The notes beneath the pieces were generated by a model that ran no database searches, was not told the DNA's origin, and saw nothing but the letters and a program-made list of their open reading frames with translations. From Bacteroidia bacterium (GTDB lineage: Bacteria; Bacteroidota; Bacteroidia; UBA4408), in the NCBI GenBank assembly GCA_035438985.1, contig DAORJK010000013.1, positions 23,416-87,415 on the forward strand: a stretch of DNA of 64,000 nucleotides. Direction: 5' to 3'. The first letter of the stretch is position 1, and each line of letters opens with the position of its first letter. The position numbers and the translations under genes were made by a program. This document shows, piece after piece, positions 1 through 8,148 of this stretch.

Positions 1-1
1 T

Positions 2-496
2 AAGCGCACGAAAACATGGTCAAATTCCTGGATTCCTAAATTTAAAGAGGATGCTCTTCGTGAAAAAGCCGATATTCTTGTGTTGGTCACTGATGCTCTT
101 CCCAAAGATATCAAGCGATATGGAATTATCGATGGCGTCTGGATATGCGGGTTCAATGATGTTTCGGAATTATCACTTGTTCTTCGCTATGGATTACTCA
201 AACTCCAGACGATAGCAATTATCCAACATGGTAAAGAGACCAAGATGGAAATGTTATATAAATATCTTACAAGTGAACAATTTAAAGCAGTTTTCGAATC
301 CATATTAAAAGGATTTAAAACACTACAGGATTCACACCAAAGTGAAAAATTAAAAATGATGCGCATGTGGAAAGAGCGTGAAAAAACGCTTGAGCAGGTG
401 CTGGCAAACTCCGTTGACTTTTATGGAGTAATCAAGGGAATAGCGGGAGCAGACATCCTTGAAATCAAAATGCTTGACCCAAACCAGGTAGATTAA
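2..496 (+). CDS. DUF2130-family protein, C-terminal part (5' end outside window)
   Basis: The frame of the 80..496 ORF stays open back to the window edge (KRTKTWSNSWIPKFKEDALREKADILVLVTDALPKDI...). The sequence resembles the conserved C-terminal region of DUF2130 proteins as I recall it (...GKETKMEMLYKYLTS.QF...). No search was run. Confidence 0.65.
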   Translation, partial: KRTKTWSNSWIPKFKEDALREKADILVLVTDALPKDIKRYGIIDGVWICGFNDVSELSLVLRYGLLKLQTIAIIQHGKETKMEMLYKYLTSEQFKAVFESILKGFKTLQDSHQSEKLKMMRMWKEREKTLEQVLANSVDFYGVIKGIAGADILEIKMLDPNQVD

Positions 497-633
497 TTAA
501 ATCATTTACTGACCAATTTTCAAGTGGCTTGTAAAGGCCAATGGAATTCTTGCGTTCAGTAAACTGGTGTGCAAACGATGATGGTTGTTGTTGCCAACTA
601 TCTCAAATCAATTTACTTATCGCAGAATTTCAT

Positions 634-681
634 GAGATGAAGGAGCTCGTGGAGGGGCTCCTTTCATCTCCTTGTTTTCTT
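634..681 (+). terminator. Hairpin with T-rich tail downstream of the DUF2130 gene
   Basis: GAGATGAAGGAGC (634-646) pairs with GCTCCTTTCATCTC (657-670) and is followed by CTTGTTTTCTT. Confidence 0.45.
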
Positions 682-706
682 AATTATTAACCATTAAAAA
701 ATAGAA

Positions 707-904
707 ATGATGAGAACAACAATTACTACAAATAATAATACTACAAATTATAAAAGAAGAGCGGCTATTCAATTTGAAATGCGCAAATTATTTCAAGATG
801 TCTACCCAAATCGGAAGGAATCTGAAAAGGCTTTGCGTGAAGCAATGTCTGCTTTCACATCTGTGAAACGAGATTTATTATTTCGAAGACTCTTTGAAGA
901 ATAG
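707..904 (+). CDS. Small hypothetical protein (65 aa, Thr/Asn-rich N-terminus)
   Basis: ATG-initiated ORF only; no recognisable motif. Confidence 0.3.
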   Translation: MMRTTITTNNNTTNYKRRAAIQFEMRKLFQDVYPNRKESEKALREAMSAFTSVKRDLLFRRLFEE

Positions 905-1144
905 TCAAATAAATTTTGAAAATCATGTAAGATTTTACCCCCCTATTTCGTAAAATATAAGTGGGGTAAATCTTATGCGATTTTTTGAAGATTAGGAATG
1001 TGGAAAACCTGTTTGTAACATTTCCAAAAAGCCTGAAACCCTTGGTAATATTCCACCTTTCGCATACGTATAATACTTAATGTCTCAACGGATTTTAAAT
1101 ACTGAATTGAACTCAACCAGCAATACATTATAAAGATATAAGTC

Positions 1145-2680
1145 GTGAAAATTTCAAGGTCAGATAGGAAGATTGGCAAGTATGGCGGACTTGCTCCGAT
1201 TCATAAACGAATCGAGCAATGCCATATTCGCGAACTTATTCGTTCTGTTCTTGGAGAACGAGTTAAACAAGCCGAATATGGATTTGATGATACAATTTTA
1301 GGTTGGGGATTAAGTGCATTTTGTGGTGGAAAGCATCTTAATTATATAACGAAAATTGCTGATGAGTTGCAAATGCACAGAGGAATTAAAATTCCCAGTC
1401 ACGATACCTTAGGAAGAAGTTTTAAAAAATTGGCAGTGCCTAATAAACGTGTCAGAGTTGTTCAGAACGATGGTTTGAGTTTTACCTACCATAATGACAA
1501 CCCTCTTATGAATAGTCTCTTGTTTCGGATAACTAAAGCTATTGGGGCTCTGCAAGAAAATGTTTCCTATACATTGGACGTTGATCAAACATTTGTAAGT
1601 ACAGAGTGTCGAGGTGCATTTTTCCCCACAAAGGAAGAGGAGGAGAAGTTTGATAATGAAAATGCATTGCGAAAAAATCTACCAATTCTCAATTTAGATA
1701 AATTTCCGGATGTTAACCTTAAGAAAATTCCCAAGGAGAGAAGCGGAAAAATAGGATTTGCTCCTATGGTGGCTCTAATCGGGGCTTTACCGGTCAATAT
1801 AAGTTTAAGAAGTGGGAATGCAATGGCCAATTTTAGAATGCATGATTTTGTAAAAGATACCCTCGCCCTTGCTAAAGAATCCAACATTAAAATTGGAAGA
1901 TTCATAAGTGATGCAGCAGGATACTTATATAATACACTTGAATTTCTTCATAACCAAGAAATAAAGTTTCTTGTACGGTATACTTACAAAAAAACTAACA
2001 AGGAATTCGCAAGGACTTTTAAAGCTTGTAATAACTGGAGAAAAACTCGAATTAAAACAACAACGCAAACAATTGAATGCGAAGTAGGTGATGTACCATA
2101 TAAAATGTGGGATGACCCCCAAATTAAAAGAGCATATCCGTCTCCAACTTATAGAGTTGTCTTTGCAAGAAAACCGACTGAAGAAACTTTAAAAAGGATT
2201 GCACCGAAGGATTATGAAACTAAAGCTTCCGAAAAAGAAATGCAGGATCCATTCAAACGCCGCCAACTTTTGGAACAACCAGGAAACCCCAATGCAGAAT
2301 CATGGACCGAAATTGATGGATATAGATACAGCTTCATTATAACTAATGATTTTGAAAAATCAAGTGAAGACTTGATAATGGAATACAATAAAAGGGGGAA
2401 CGCAGAACGACAATTTTCGCATATGAAAAAAGACTTCGCCTGGAAGTATCCACCCTTTATGAAGATGGATGCCAATACAGTCTTTTTAATTGTTGCTGCA
2501 ATTAGCAATAATATTTTGAGAGGCACCAGAAATTGGTTAAAGAAACAGATACCTGAAATAGATTTGAAGGCCACCCTTGATGAATTCATTAACAAATTCA
2601 TAAGAATAGCTTTTGAGGTAATTGATGAAAATTATTACTTTTTTAATACCAAATATGCATTTGAAAAAATAAAATTCTAA
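1145..2680 (+). CDS. DDE transposase, IS4/IS1380-like
   Basis: 511-aa ORF with a GTG start. The N-terminus (GKYGGLAPIHKRIE..., ...YGFDDTILGWGLSAFCGGKHLN) and the C-terminal ...EYNKRGNAERQFSHMKKDF... look like IS1380/IS4-type DDE transposases. Only antisense junk ORFs overlap it. Element ends were not resolved. Confidence 0.7.
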   Translation: MKISRSDRKIGKYGGLAPIHKRIEQCHIRELIRSVLGERVKQAEYGFDDTILGWGLSAFCGGKHLNYITKIADELQMHRGIKIPSHDTLGRSFKKLAVPNKRVRVVQNDGLSFTYHNDNPLMNSLLFRITKAIGALQENVSYTLDVDQTFVSTECRGAFFPTKEEEEKFDNENALRKNLPILNLDKFPDVNLKKIPKERSGKIGFAPMVALIGALPVNISLRSGNAMANFRMHDFVKDTLALAKESNIKIGRFISDAAGYLYNTLEFLHNQEIKFLVRYTYKKTNKEFARTFKACNNWRKTRIKTTTQTIECEVGDVPYKMWDDPQIKRAYPSPTYRVVFARKPTEETLKRIAPKDYETKASEKEMQDPFKRRQLLEQPGNPNAESWTEIDGYRYSFIITNDFEKSSEDLIMEYNKRGNAERQFSHMKKDFAWKYPPFMKMDANTVFLIVAAISNNILRGTRNWLKKQIPEIDLKATLDEFINKFIRIAFEVIDENYYFFNTKYAFEKIKF

Positions 2681-2814
2681 GCGCTTATGGGAAACTGTTT
2701 GTCGATTTTCGCAAGAAATCGACCAATACCTGCTGGAGTTATCCCAAGCTCATTTTTAGCTCATTTTTCCTTCCGAATCCATTACCATTCAAAACGTTAT
2801 AATTATAAAATGAA

Positions 2815-2850
2815 AAAAGGAACAGATTGCTCTGTTCCTTTTCATTTTCA
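2815..2850. terminator. Hairpin flanked by A/T runs (possible bidirectional terminator)
   Basis: AAAAGGAACAG (2815-2825) pairs with CTGTTCCTTTT (2832-2842), with T-rich sequence on both sides. Confidence 0.4.
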
Positions 2851-3086
2851 TTGTTAATAATTTAGACCTGCGTAATTGAGGCTGAAAGTAAAGCCGGAGC
2901 AATTGGTTACTACAGAAATGCTTCCCTCACCGGAGGAAATTGACAAGGAGCTTATTCGGAAAGAGAAGAAGCGAAAAAGAGGATGAAAACCCTACAGAAT
3001 CTCGCCTATAATGCAGCACAATAGATATTAACAGTCTGGGTTTTGTAACCTTCTTAAGAATCATTTCGTTTTTACGTTTGATATTC

Positions 3087-3094
3087 TATATTTG
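3087..3094 (+). promoter_or_regulatory. Candidate Bacteroidota -7 promoter box (TAnnTTTG) for the 3142-5248 cassette
   Basis: TATATTTG lies about 48 nt upstream of the ATG at 3142. Confidence 0.35.
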
Positions 3095-3141
3095 CAGTGT
3101 AATTTCTCTAATGAGTTTTTATTAATCCCCTATTTCAAAAC

Positions 3142-3450
3142 ATGCTTCATTCGCATAGTGTAGAAAATGAAAAATTCGGTCTCTTTATTCTGTTTTTAAA
3201 TCACCTTTTAAGTGGCGAAAAGAAATATGAGGAAACCATTAATAATGTTTTGATTGAAACGCGTGCCCTGGTTAAAGGAGAGAAGGATGTATACACAGTC
3301 AATCGAGACACATTTCCAATAATTATTTACTTAAGCAAAAGGAATAAAACTTTTTTTGAAAGCCTGCCGAATACAAAATCTTTTGATAAACAAGTTTATA
3401 CAGATTTGTTTTCACTTCTTGACCGACAACGTCCAATTAGCATAATTTAG
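3142..3450 (+). CDS. Hypothetical protein (102 aa), first gene of the cassette
   Basis: ATG ORF whose stop is 3 nt before the next start (3454). No recognisable motif. Confidence 0.5.
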   Translation: MLHSHSVENEKFGLFILFLNHLLSGEKKYEETINNVLIETRALVKGEKDVYTVNRDTFPIIIYLSKRNKTFFESLPNTKSFDKQVYTDLFSLLDRQRPISII

Positions 3451-3453
3451 TGA

Positions 3454-4650
3454 ATGTCTCCGCGCCTTTTAGAACTTCACTTCTCTCAGTTAGCTAAGGC
3501 CTGGAATAAATCTCAGTATAACAACTACTCTGATAATAATAAAAAGCTTTACCACAATAAACTCGGAGATCTTTACCGGCTTTTAAAAACAGAAGACTTT
3601 TCCAGATTTTCCCAACAAGAAATTATGGAACGGTATGATGTTATTAATATGATTTTCAAAAGCCTGGAGTTTTTGGACAGCAGCACATTAAATCTTCTTC
3701 CCTTCGAAATTGTTACCTGTTTAGATTGTGCTTTAAGAGATTGGCTTCAAGGCGATGAAGAGTTGATTATTGTAACCTCTCTTGTTAACGATATTAATAA
3801 TTACAGCTTTGATGAATCTTTAGCAACGAATGAACAGTTATTTAAGTATGTCGAGCTCCAATATGGAGTAAAATTTGCATCCAGATTAATTCAAATAAAT
3901 CTTCCAGCAACATTATCAAGAGATTATTTGGCCAATGTCGTGCTTTATCATGAACTAGGGCATTTTATTGATACAAAGTACCAAATTTCAAGGGCCATTC
4001 ACGATGAAATTTTAGAGAAGCTTTTCGTAAAAAGAAAAATAACCCCTGAAGAAGAAAAAGAGTTAGCTGACTATTTCCCCTTTCTGGAAAATTACTTAGC
4101 CCTAGAGCCTTACTATAATAATCAAGGCGAAATAAAAGTATTGAGATATTATTTAGCTGAATATTTTTGTGACCTTTTCGCATCTCAATACATAAAAACC
4201 TGTTCGAGCCACTATTTACAATACCTGACTCAAGCATATGCTTCGCAACATAGCAACTCTCACCCATCAACAAAAAAAAGAGTAGAGCTTACAGAAAAAT
4301 TTTTATCCGGAGACGACAGCACGTTTACATTAAGCAAAATTAAGGAGGCAGTTAATAAAACAACAGCAGGTAAGAGTTTGTCAGTAAAGTTTGAAGAAAA
4401 GAAATCTAATGATTTCATCAAGCTTGTTCCTATAGATATTGAAAATGATAGCCAATTGCATTATTTATTTGTTCATGGCTGGGATCTCTGGTTGAATAAC
4501 TGGCACCTATTCGAGGAGCAAAACGAAATGAAATTCAAATTGGATCGAGAAAAGGTTTATGACATTGTAAATAGCTTAATAGAAAAATCTATTGGTAACT
4601 ATGTGGTTAAGACTAATTGGGATAAAGCGAAAGCCAATGTTTCTAAATAA
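3454..4650 (+). CDS. HExxH zincin metallopeptidase-like protein (M48-like/ImmA-like features), cytoplasmic
   Basis: Motifs in order are LYHELGHFID (HExxH), then AEYFCDLFASQY (E..D/A third-ligand-like helix), then SHPSTKKRVEL, which resembles the M48 'HPxxxxR' motif. No signal peptide or TM segments were seen. Confidence 0.65.
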   Translation: MSPRLLELHFSQLAKAWNKSQYNNYSDNNKKLYHNKLGDLYRLLKTEDFSRFSQQEIMERYDVINMIFKSLEFLDSSTLNLLPFEIVTCLDCALRDWLQGDEELIIVTSLVNDINNYSFDESLATNEQLFKYVELQYGVKFASRLIQINLPATLSRDYLANVVLYHELGHFIDTKYQISRAIHDEILEKLFVKRKITPEEEKELADYFPFLENYLALEPYYNNQGEIKVLRYYLAEYFCDLFASQYIKTCSSHYLQYLTQAYASQHSNSHPSTKKRVELTEKFLSGDDSTFTLSKIKEAVNKTTAGKSLSVKFEEKKSNDFIKLVPIDIENDSQLHYLFVHGWDLWLNNWHLFEEQNEMKFKLDREKVYDIVNSLIEKSIGNYVVKTNWDKAKANVSK

Positions 4651-5248
4651 GGGAGAAATAGAAAAACTTCTTAAAGAGGGAGAATTGATTATTAAGCCTC
4701 TCTTAGACACTAGTCAGGTCGGTGAAATATCTATAGATTTTAGGCTTGGTTATGATTTTTTGGTTTCTATTCAAGGCCGGGAGCCTTTTATTGATGCGTC
4801 TCTAAATAATGAAGACAGACATCCTATAAGTAGCTTTTTTCAAGAAACAAGAAGAAATATTGGAGAAACATTCTTACTACATCCTAATCAAACAGTTTTA
4901 ACAAGCAGTTTGGAATTTATAAAAATGCCCAGAGATGTTTTTGCTGTTTTAAATATGCGTAGTTCCTATGTTAGACTGGGGATAACAATTGCGACAATTA
5001 TTCAACCAGGTTATTGCGGTTGTATGTCCCTAGAGCTAACCAATACAAATAAAAATGCTGTAAACATGACGGTCGGTGCACCTATCATTCAGGCAAGATT
5101 GTATAGATTGTCTACGAAATCGAACTACTTCAGCAAACCTAGAAAATATATATGCCAAGTAAGGCCACAAATTTCTGCTGTAAATGACGATGGTGATTTA
5201 AAGATACTCCATCGCATTTGGGAGGAAAGCAATAATAAAATTACCTAG
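4637..5248 (+). CDS. dCTP deaminase / dUTPase-fold (Dcd-like) protein
   Basis: The preferred start is the ATG at 4637 (MFLNKGEIEKLLKEGELIIKP...), which overlaps the upstream stop (4648-4650) by 14 nt. Dcd-like motifs are SIDFRLG, NMRSSYVRLGI and QPGYCGCMSLELTN (compare E. coli DPGWSGCIVLEFYN). Confidence 0.75.
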   Translation: MFLNKGEIEKLLKEGELIIKPLLDTSQVGEISIDFRLGYDFLVSIQGREPFIDASLNNEDRHPISSFFQETRRNIGETFLLHPNQTVLTSSLEFIKMPRDVFAVLNMRSSYVRLGITIATIIQPGYCGCMSLELTNTNKNAVNMTVGAPIIQARLYRLSTKSNYFSKPRKYICQVRPQISAVNDDGDLKILHRIWEESNNKIT

Positions 5249-5266
5249 GGTTTGTTAGGTCACCCC

Positions 5267-6142
5267 TCACTTAAAAACAATTCTTGTTCGAGAATAGTTT
5301 TTCTCCCCAGTCGGCATAATTAATACAAAAGCATTGTATGTATTATAGAAATAATGATACTGAAAAGTAGTGACCCCCTCATGTGTTGCAAGACAACATT
5401 GTCCAATAGTATGAAACTTCTTTTTCTTCAAATAATCTTGGACAAACGTCCATTCAATCCCTAATGTTTTTTGCCAAGTTATTTCCCCGAATTCATTTGT
5501 AAAAGAAGTGGATTGAAAATAATTTCTCACCATACACCCCTCCACAATAAAGTGTTCCGGGTCTTTCAATACTAATAGTGCGCATCGTTTCGAAGAGTAC
5601 TCGACATATCGCCTTATAGCTGCATGTGTTGAAGAACCAAATAATTTTGAAAGGTACATAGGAGATTTTATCTCAAGTGGTAATTTCTGCATCTCCTCAT
5701 CAAATCTATCAAGTTGAAATAATGTAGCCGAGGCAAAATAATTTGCTTCTGCTTCGAATTCATCCTTTGTATCCGGGTCAATCGTACTATCATCATCTTC
5801 CATGTACTCAAACGTTTGACGTTGCCAAGGCAAGGCTTCATGACCAACTTCATGAAGTTGAATAAATTTTTTTCGAACATCTGGTTGATTGGGATCGATA
5901 TAAATTACCTTCTCTCTCCTATCCAAAGCTCCACGCCACTTCCGCAGAGCTCGCTTCAAAACCTCAGAAGTTCGAAGTAAATAATTCTTTGGAATTTTTG
6001 TAATATCAGTTTTCGTATCTACAACCAGTTGAGAATATCGAACAATATTTTCAACTGGTGTTGGAAATATGCCCAATGCCTTGCTTTGTTTCAGGAAATC
6101 CAATGATACAAGCTCTATATCTTTTCGGGAACCTTTTTTCAT
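5267..6142 (-). CDS. ImmA/IrrE-family (DUF955, M78) metallopeptidase
   Basis: Contains the HEVGHEALPW HExxH motif followed by EAEANYFASATL. Its start overlaps the upstream XRE stop in an ATGA (6139-6142). Confidence 0.8.
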   Translation of the reverse strand: MKKGSRKDIELVSLDFLKQSKALGIFPTPVENIVRYSQLVVDTKTDITKIPKNYLLRTSEVLKRALRKWRGALDRREKVIYIDPNQPDVRKKFIQLHEVGHEALPWQRQTFEYMEDDDSTIDPDTKDEFEAEANYFASATLFQLDRFDEEMQKLPLEIKSPMYLSKLFGSSTHAAIRRYVEYSSKRCALLVLKDPEHFIVEGCMVRNYFQSTSFTNEFGEITWQKTLGIEWTFVQDYLKKKKFHTIGQCCLATHEGVTTFQYHYFYNTYNAFVLIMPTGEKNYSRTRIVFK

Positions 6143-6525
6143 TTTTTGTTTTCCGAACGAATAAACTTCAAATAACTTATCAATACTTTTTCTTCTTCCG
6201 CTGAGAGATTTTCAGAGGAGAGAGCATATCCTCCCAATGAATGTGGCGCACTACCCTTACCAACAAAATTTTTAGTTCCATTTTCTACCAGAGGAGAATC
6301 AATGATGCCAGCATCTGTCAATAAGTGACTGAAATTTATTCCATAAAGGTTTGCTAATTTATAAAGAACGTTGGCTGAAGGCTTTTTTATTTTATCGTGC
6401 TCAAGCTGACTTAAATAAGCATTCGATATTTCAGTTACTTCCTCCACCTGTCTTAATGTATAGCCTTTGGTTAACCTGGCGTTTTTGAGCTCTTCGCCTA
6501 TTGTTTTTTTGGTTTTTGAAATCAT
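6139..6525 (-). CDS. XRE-family helix-turn-helix transcriptional regulator
   Basis: The N-terminal IGEELKNARLTKGYTLRQVEEVTEISNAYLSQLEHDK... is a typical HTH_3 domain. It is the first gene of the XRE-ImmA pair. Confidence 0.85.
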   Translation of the reverse strand: MISKTKKTIGEELKNARLTKGYTLRQVEEVTEISNAYLSQLEHDKIKKPSANVLYKLANLYGINFSHLLTDAGIIDSPLVENGTKNFVGKGSAPHSLGGYALSSENLSAEEEKVLISYLKFIRSENKK

Positions 6526-6554
6526 TTTTAGGCTGTGTTAATGAGAAATCGCTA

Positions 6555-6562
6555 CAAATATA
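6555..6562 (-). promoter_or_regulatory. Candidate -7 box (TATATTTG on the minus strand) for the XRE-ImmA operon
   Basis: Plus-strand CAAATATA reads TATATTTG on the minus strand, about 30 nt upstream of the XRE ATG (6525). Confidence 0.3.
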
Positions 6563-6591
6563 AAATAAAAATGCTCAAAATCACAAGCTTA

Positions 6592-6618
6592 GCTAAATTT
6601 TTGCTAAATTAATTTAGC
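6592..6618. promoter_or_regulatory. Candidate operator: GCTAAATT half-sites including a perfect 16-bp palindrome
   Basis: GCTAAATTAATTTAGC (6603-6618) is a perfect palindrome. An extra direct half-site GCTAAATT lies at 6592-6599. The site is in the divergent intergenic region between XRE and the Ubl operon. Confidence 0.45.
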
Positions 6619-6625
6619 GGCTCTA

Positions 6626-6633
6626 TAATTTTG
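6626..6633 (+). promoter_or_regulatory. Candidate -7 box (TAATTTTG) for the Ubl-E2-JAB-E1 operon
   Basis: Matches TAnnTTTG. It lies immediately downstream of the palindrome and about 73 nt upstream of the ATG at 6706. Confidence 0.35.
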
Positions 6634-6705
6634 CTTGATATATTTAAAATTGCTTCGTATCTTTGGCAAAAATTAATTATTAAACAATCTAAAAAAAACA
6701 AAAAA

Positions 6706-7203
6706 ATGAAAACAATTCAAATTTATTTACATGGTGAAGAAGCCCGTGAAACAAAGCTTGTAGAAGTTTCTACCGATGCAACTATCGCAGATATTATCAA
6801 TAAGTATCGCGAAGAAACAAACATGCAGGGGGCAAAGTTAGAAGAGATAGATCTCTATTTTGAGGATGAAGAACATCCTAAAGAAAAGGGGCATCACATT
6901 GAGCACGCTGGAATAAAAAAACGACACCATGTTCACTGCCATAGATGTCAAAAGGTAGCAATATCAATTGAATATAATGGTCAGGTTAAGAACATTAGTG
7001 TGCCACCTTCAGCAACCGGTGTTATGATTTTAAAAAAGTCTGCAAAGGAGTTTGGAATCACCGAAAAAGATGCATCTGACTTATTACTTAAATTACCTAA
7101 CGAAGAAGTTCTACAGAAGACAGACCATATTGGGTCATTTGTATCATTTCCACACTGCGAAATAAAACTTTTATTAATTCACAATAAACAGATACAAGGA
7201 TGA
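6706..7203 (+). CDS. bilA: Ubiquitin-like protein, apparently tandem beta-grasp (ISG15-like), ending in a free C-terminal Gly (BilA-like)
   Basis: The ATG at 6706 (MKTIQIYLHG...) is preferred over the TTG at 6631. There are two halves of about 80 aa, each starting with a beta-strand-like K.IQIYL / KVAISIEY. The protein ends ...NKQIQG-stop, and the stop overlaps the next ATG (ATGA at 7200-7203). The symbol is assigned from operon architecture only. Confidence 0.65.
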   Translation: MKTIQIYLHGEEARETKLVEVSTDATIADIINKYREETNMQGAKLEEIDLYFEDEEHPKEKGHHIEHAGIKKRHHVHCHRCQKVAISIEYNGQVKNISVPPSATGVMILKKSAKEFGITEKDASDLLLKLPNEEVLQKTDHIGSFVSFPHCEIKLLLIHNKQIQG

Positions 7204-7676
7204 GACCAGATTTGCAGATTTTTAATAAGCATATTGAAGATGCCGAATTTCAAATCGGGCTGGATAATGGCATGTGGGGGATTTCGGATGATAATCCGGA
7301 GCGCCCCACTTGGCCATATATTACTATATGGGTACAAGCAGCTGCCAAACTGAATGCCCCTAATAAATATCATTTCAGGTTCGACTTAAATGGCTATTCA
7401 GCAATTGCTCCAACAGCCTGTCCTTGGGATGTAAGTGCCAATAAGCGGTTACCAGACAATCTCTGGCCCTGCGGAAAGAACTTTGTATCCTCTGTTTTTA
7501 GACCTAGTTGGAATCCCAATGCGCTTTATGCTCCCTGTGATCGCTTGGCAATGGCAGGGCATGGAGATTGGCAAACAAGACACCCTGAATTGTGGTGGCA
7601 GCCAACATTTAAAATTGATAAATACTTGCACTATCTACACAGGCTTTTAAATTCTTCAGACTATGTTGACTCATAA
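7200..7676 (+). CDS. bilB: E2-like (UBC-fold) ubiquitin-conjugating enzyme homolog (BilB-like)
   Basis: 158 aa, sandwiched between the Ubl and JAB genes with coupled overlaps. WNPNALYAPC resembles the UBC HPN...C active-site context. The assignment rests mainly on position. Confidence 0.6.
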   Translation: MRPDLQIFNKHIEDAEFQIGLDNGMWGISDDNPERPTWPYITIWVQAAAKLNAPNKYHFRFDLNGYSAIAPTACPWDVSANKRLPDNLWPCGKNFVSSVFRPSWNPNALYAPCDRLAMAGHGDWQTRHPELWWQPTFKIDKYLHYLHRLLNSSDYVDS

Positions 7677-8148
7677 ATTAGAAATATCAGAAACACTTTG
7701 GGTTAAATTAGTTGGACAACTGAGAATCCGAGGTAAGGGAAAACGCGAAACAGGAGCCTTTTTACTTGGCCCTTTAGAAAAACCTACCATTACAAAATTC
7801 ATTTGTTATGATGAACTTGACCCTCATGCATTTGACTCTGGGATAATTGTTTTTAGTGGAGACGGATATATCCCATTATGGAAATATTGTCGTGAAAACA
7901 ATCTTCGGGTTTGGGCTGACGTTCATACCCATCCAGGAACTTGGACAGGCCAAAGTAAGGCAGATAAAGAGCACCCCATGATATCTCAAAAAGGTCACAT
8001 AGCCTTCATTGTTCCGAATTTTGCAAAAAACAAAAAGCAGAAATTCACAGGAGTTGGGATATATGAATACTTAGGCGACCATAAATGGAAAATATGGACC
8101 AGTAACTCTAGTATTATTAAGCTAATTGTAGAAAAAAATGAAAGATGA
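7663..8148 (+). CDS. bilC: JAB/JAMM (MPN+) metalloprotease, deubiquitinase-like (BilC-like)
   Basis: Exact JAMM motif: the upstream Glu in KRETGAFLLG, then HTHPGTWTGQSKAD, which is H-x-H-x7-S-x2-D. The start overlaps the E2 gene by 14 nt. Confidence 0.85.
   Translation: MLTHKLEISETLWVKLVGQLRIRGKGKRETGAFLLGPLEKPTITKFICYDELDPHAFDSGIIVFSGDGYIPLWKYCRENNLRVWADVHTHPGTWTGQSKADKEHPMISQKGHIAFIVPNFAKNKKQKFTGVGIYEYLGDHKWKIWTSNSSIIKLIVEKNER

Noticed and set aside
1585-2601. Antisense ORFs inside the transposase gene (1585..1905, 1925..2122, 2212..2601).
   Set aside because: They are fully nested antisense to a much longer ORF that carries motifs. Their composition is low-complexity and hydrophobic, as is typical of shadow ORFs.
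1002-2702. Terminal repeats of the IS element: GGAAAACCTGTTTGT (1002-1016) and GGGAAACTGTTTGT (2689-2702).
   Set aside because: The two copies are in direct, not inverted, orientation, and they are short. I could not define true IRs or target-site duplications, so the IS boundaries are left unresolved.
2875-2985. A short GC-richer reading frame, ...LKVKPEQLVTTEMLPSPEEIDKELIRKEKKRKRG-stop, considered as the 3' remnant of a gene disrupted by the IS.
   Set aside because: Only about 35 codons are open and no matching 5' part lies upstream of the IS. This is too weak to call a pseudogene without a blastx search.
4637-5248. The housekeeping dcd gene as the identity of the Dcd-like ORF.
   Set aside because: This is not fully rejected, but it is disfavoured. 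The gene is translationally coupled to a zincin gene and lies between an IS and ImmA/XRE within a mobile island. It also carries a Gln in place of the canonical Asp of the DPG...LE motif. A check for a second dcd in the genome is needed.
6631-6705. The TTG start at 6631 given by the ORF track for the Ubl gene, which would add 25 residues (MLDIFKIASYLWQ...).
   Set aside because: The extension would run over the candidate promoter box and sits just after the operator. The ATG at 6706 gives a protein starting directly with a beta-strand-like MKTIQIYL, as in ubiquitin-like proteins.
7435-7650. Alternative-frame ORFs inside the E2-like gene (7435..7650 on +, 7449..7631 on -).
   Set aside because: They are nested in the coupled operon gene and have no start context or motifs. 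The operon's overlap pattern supports the 7200..7676 frame.
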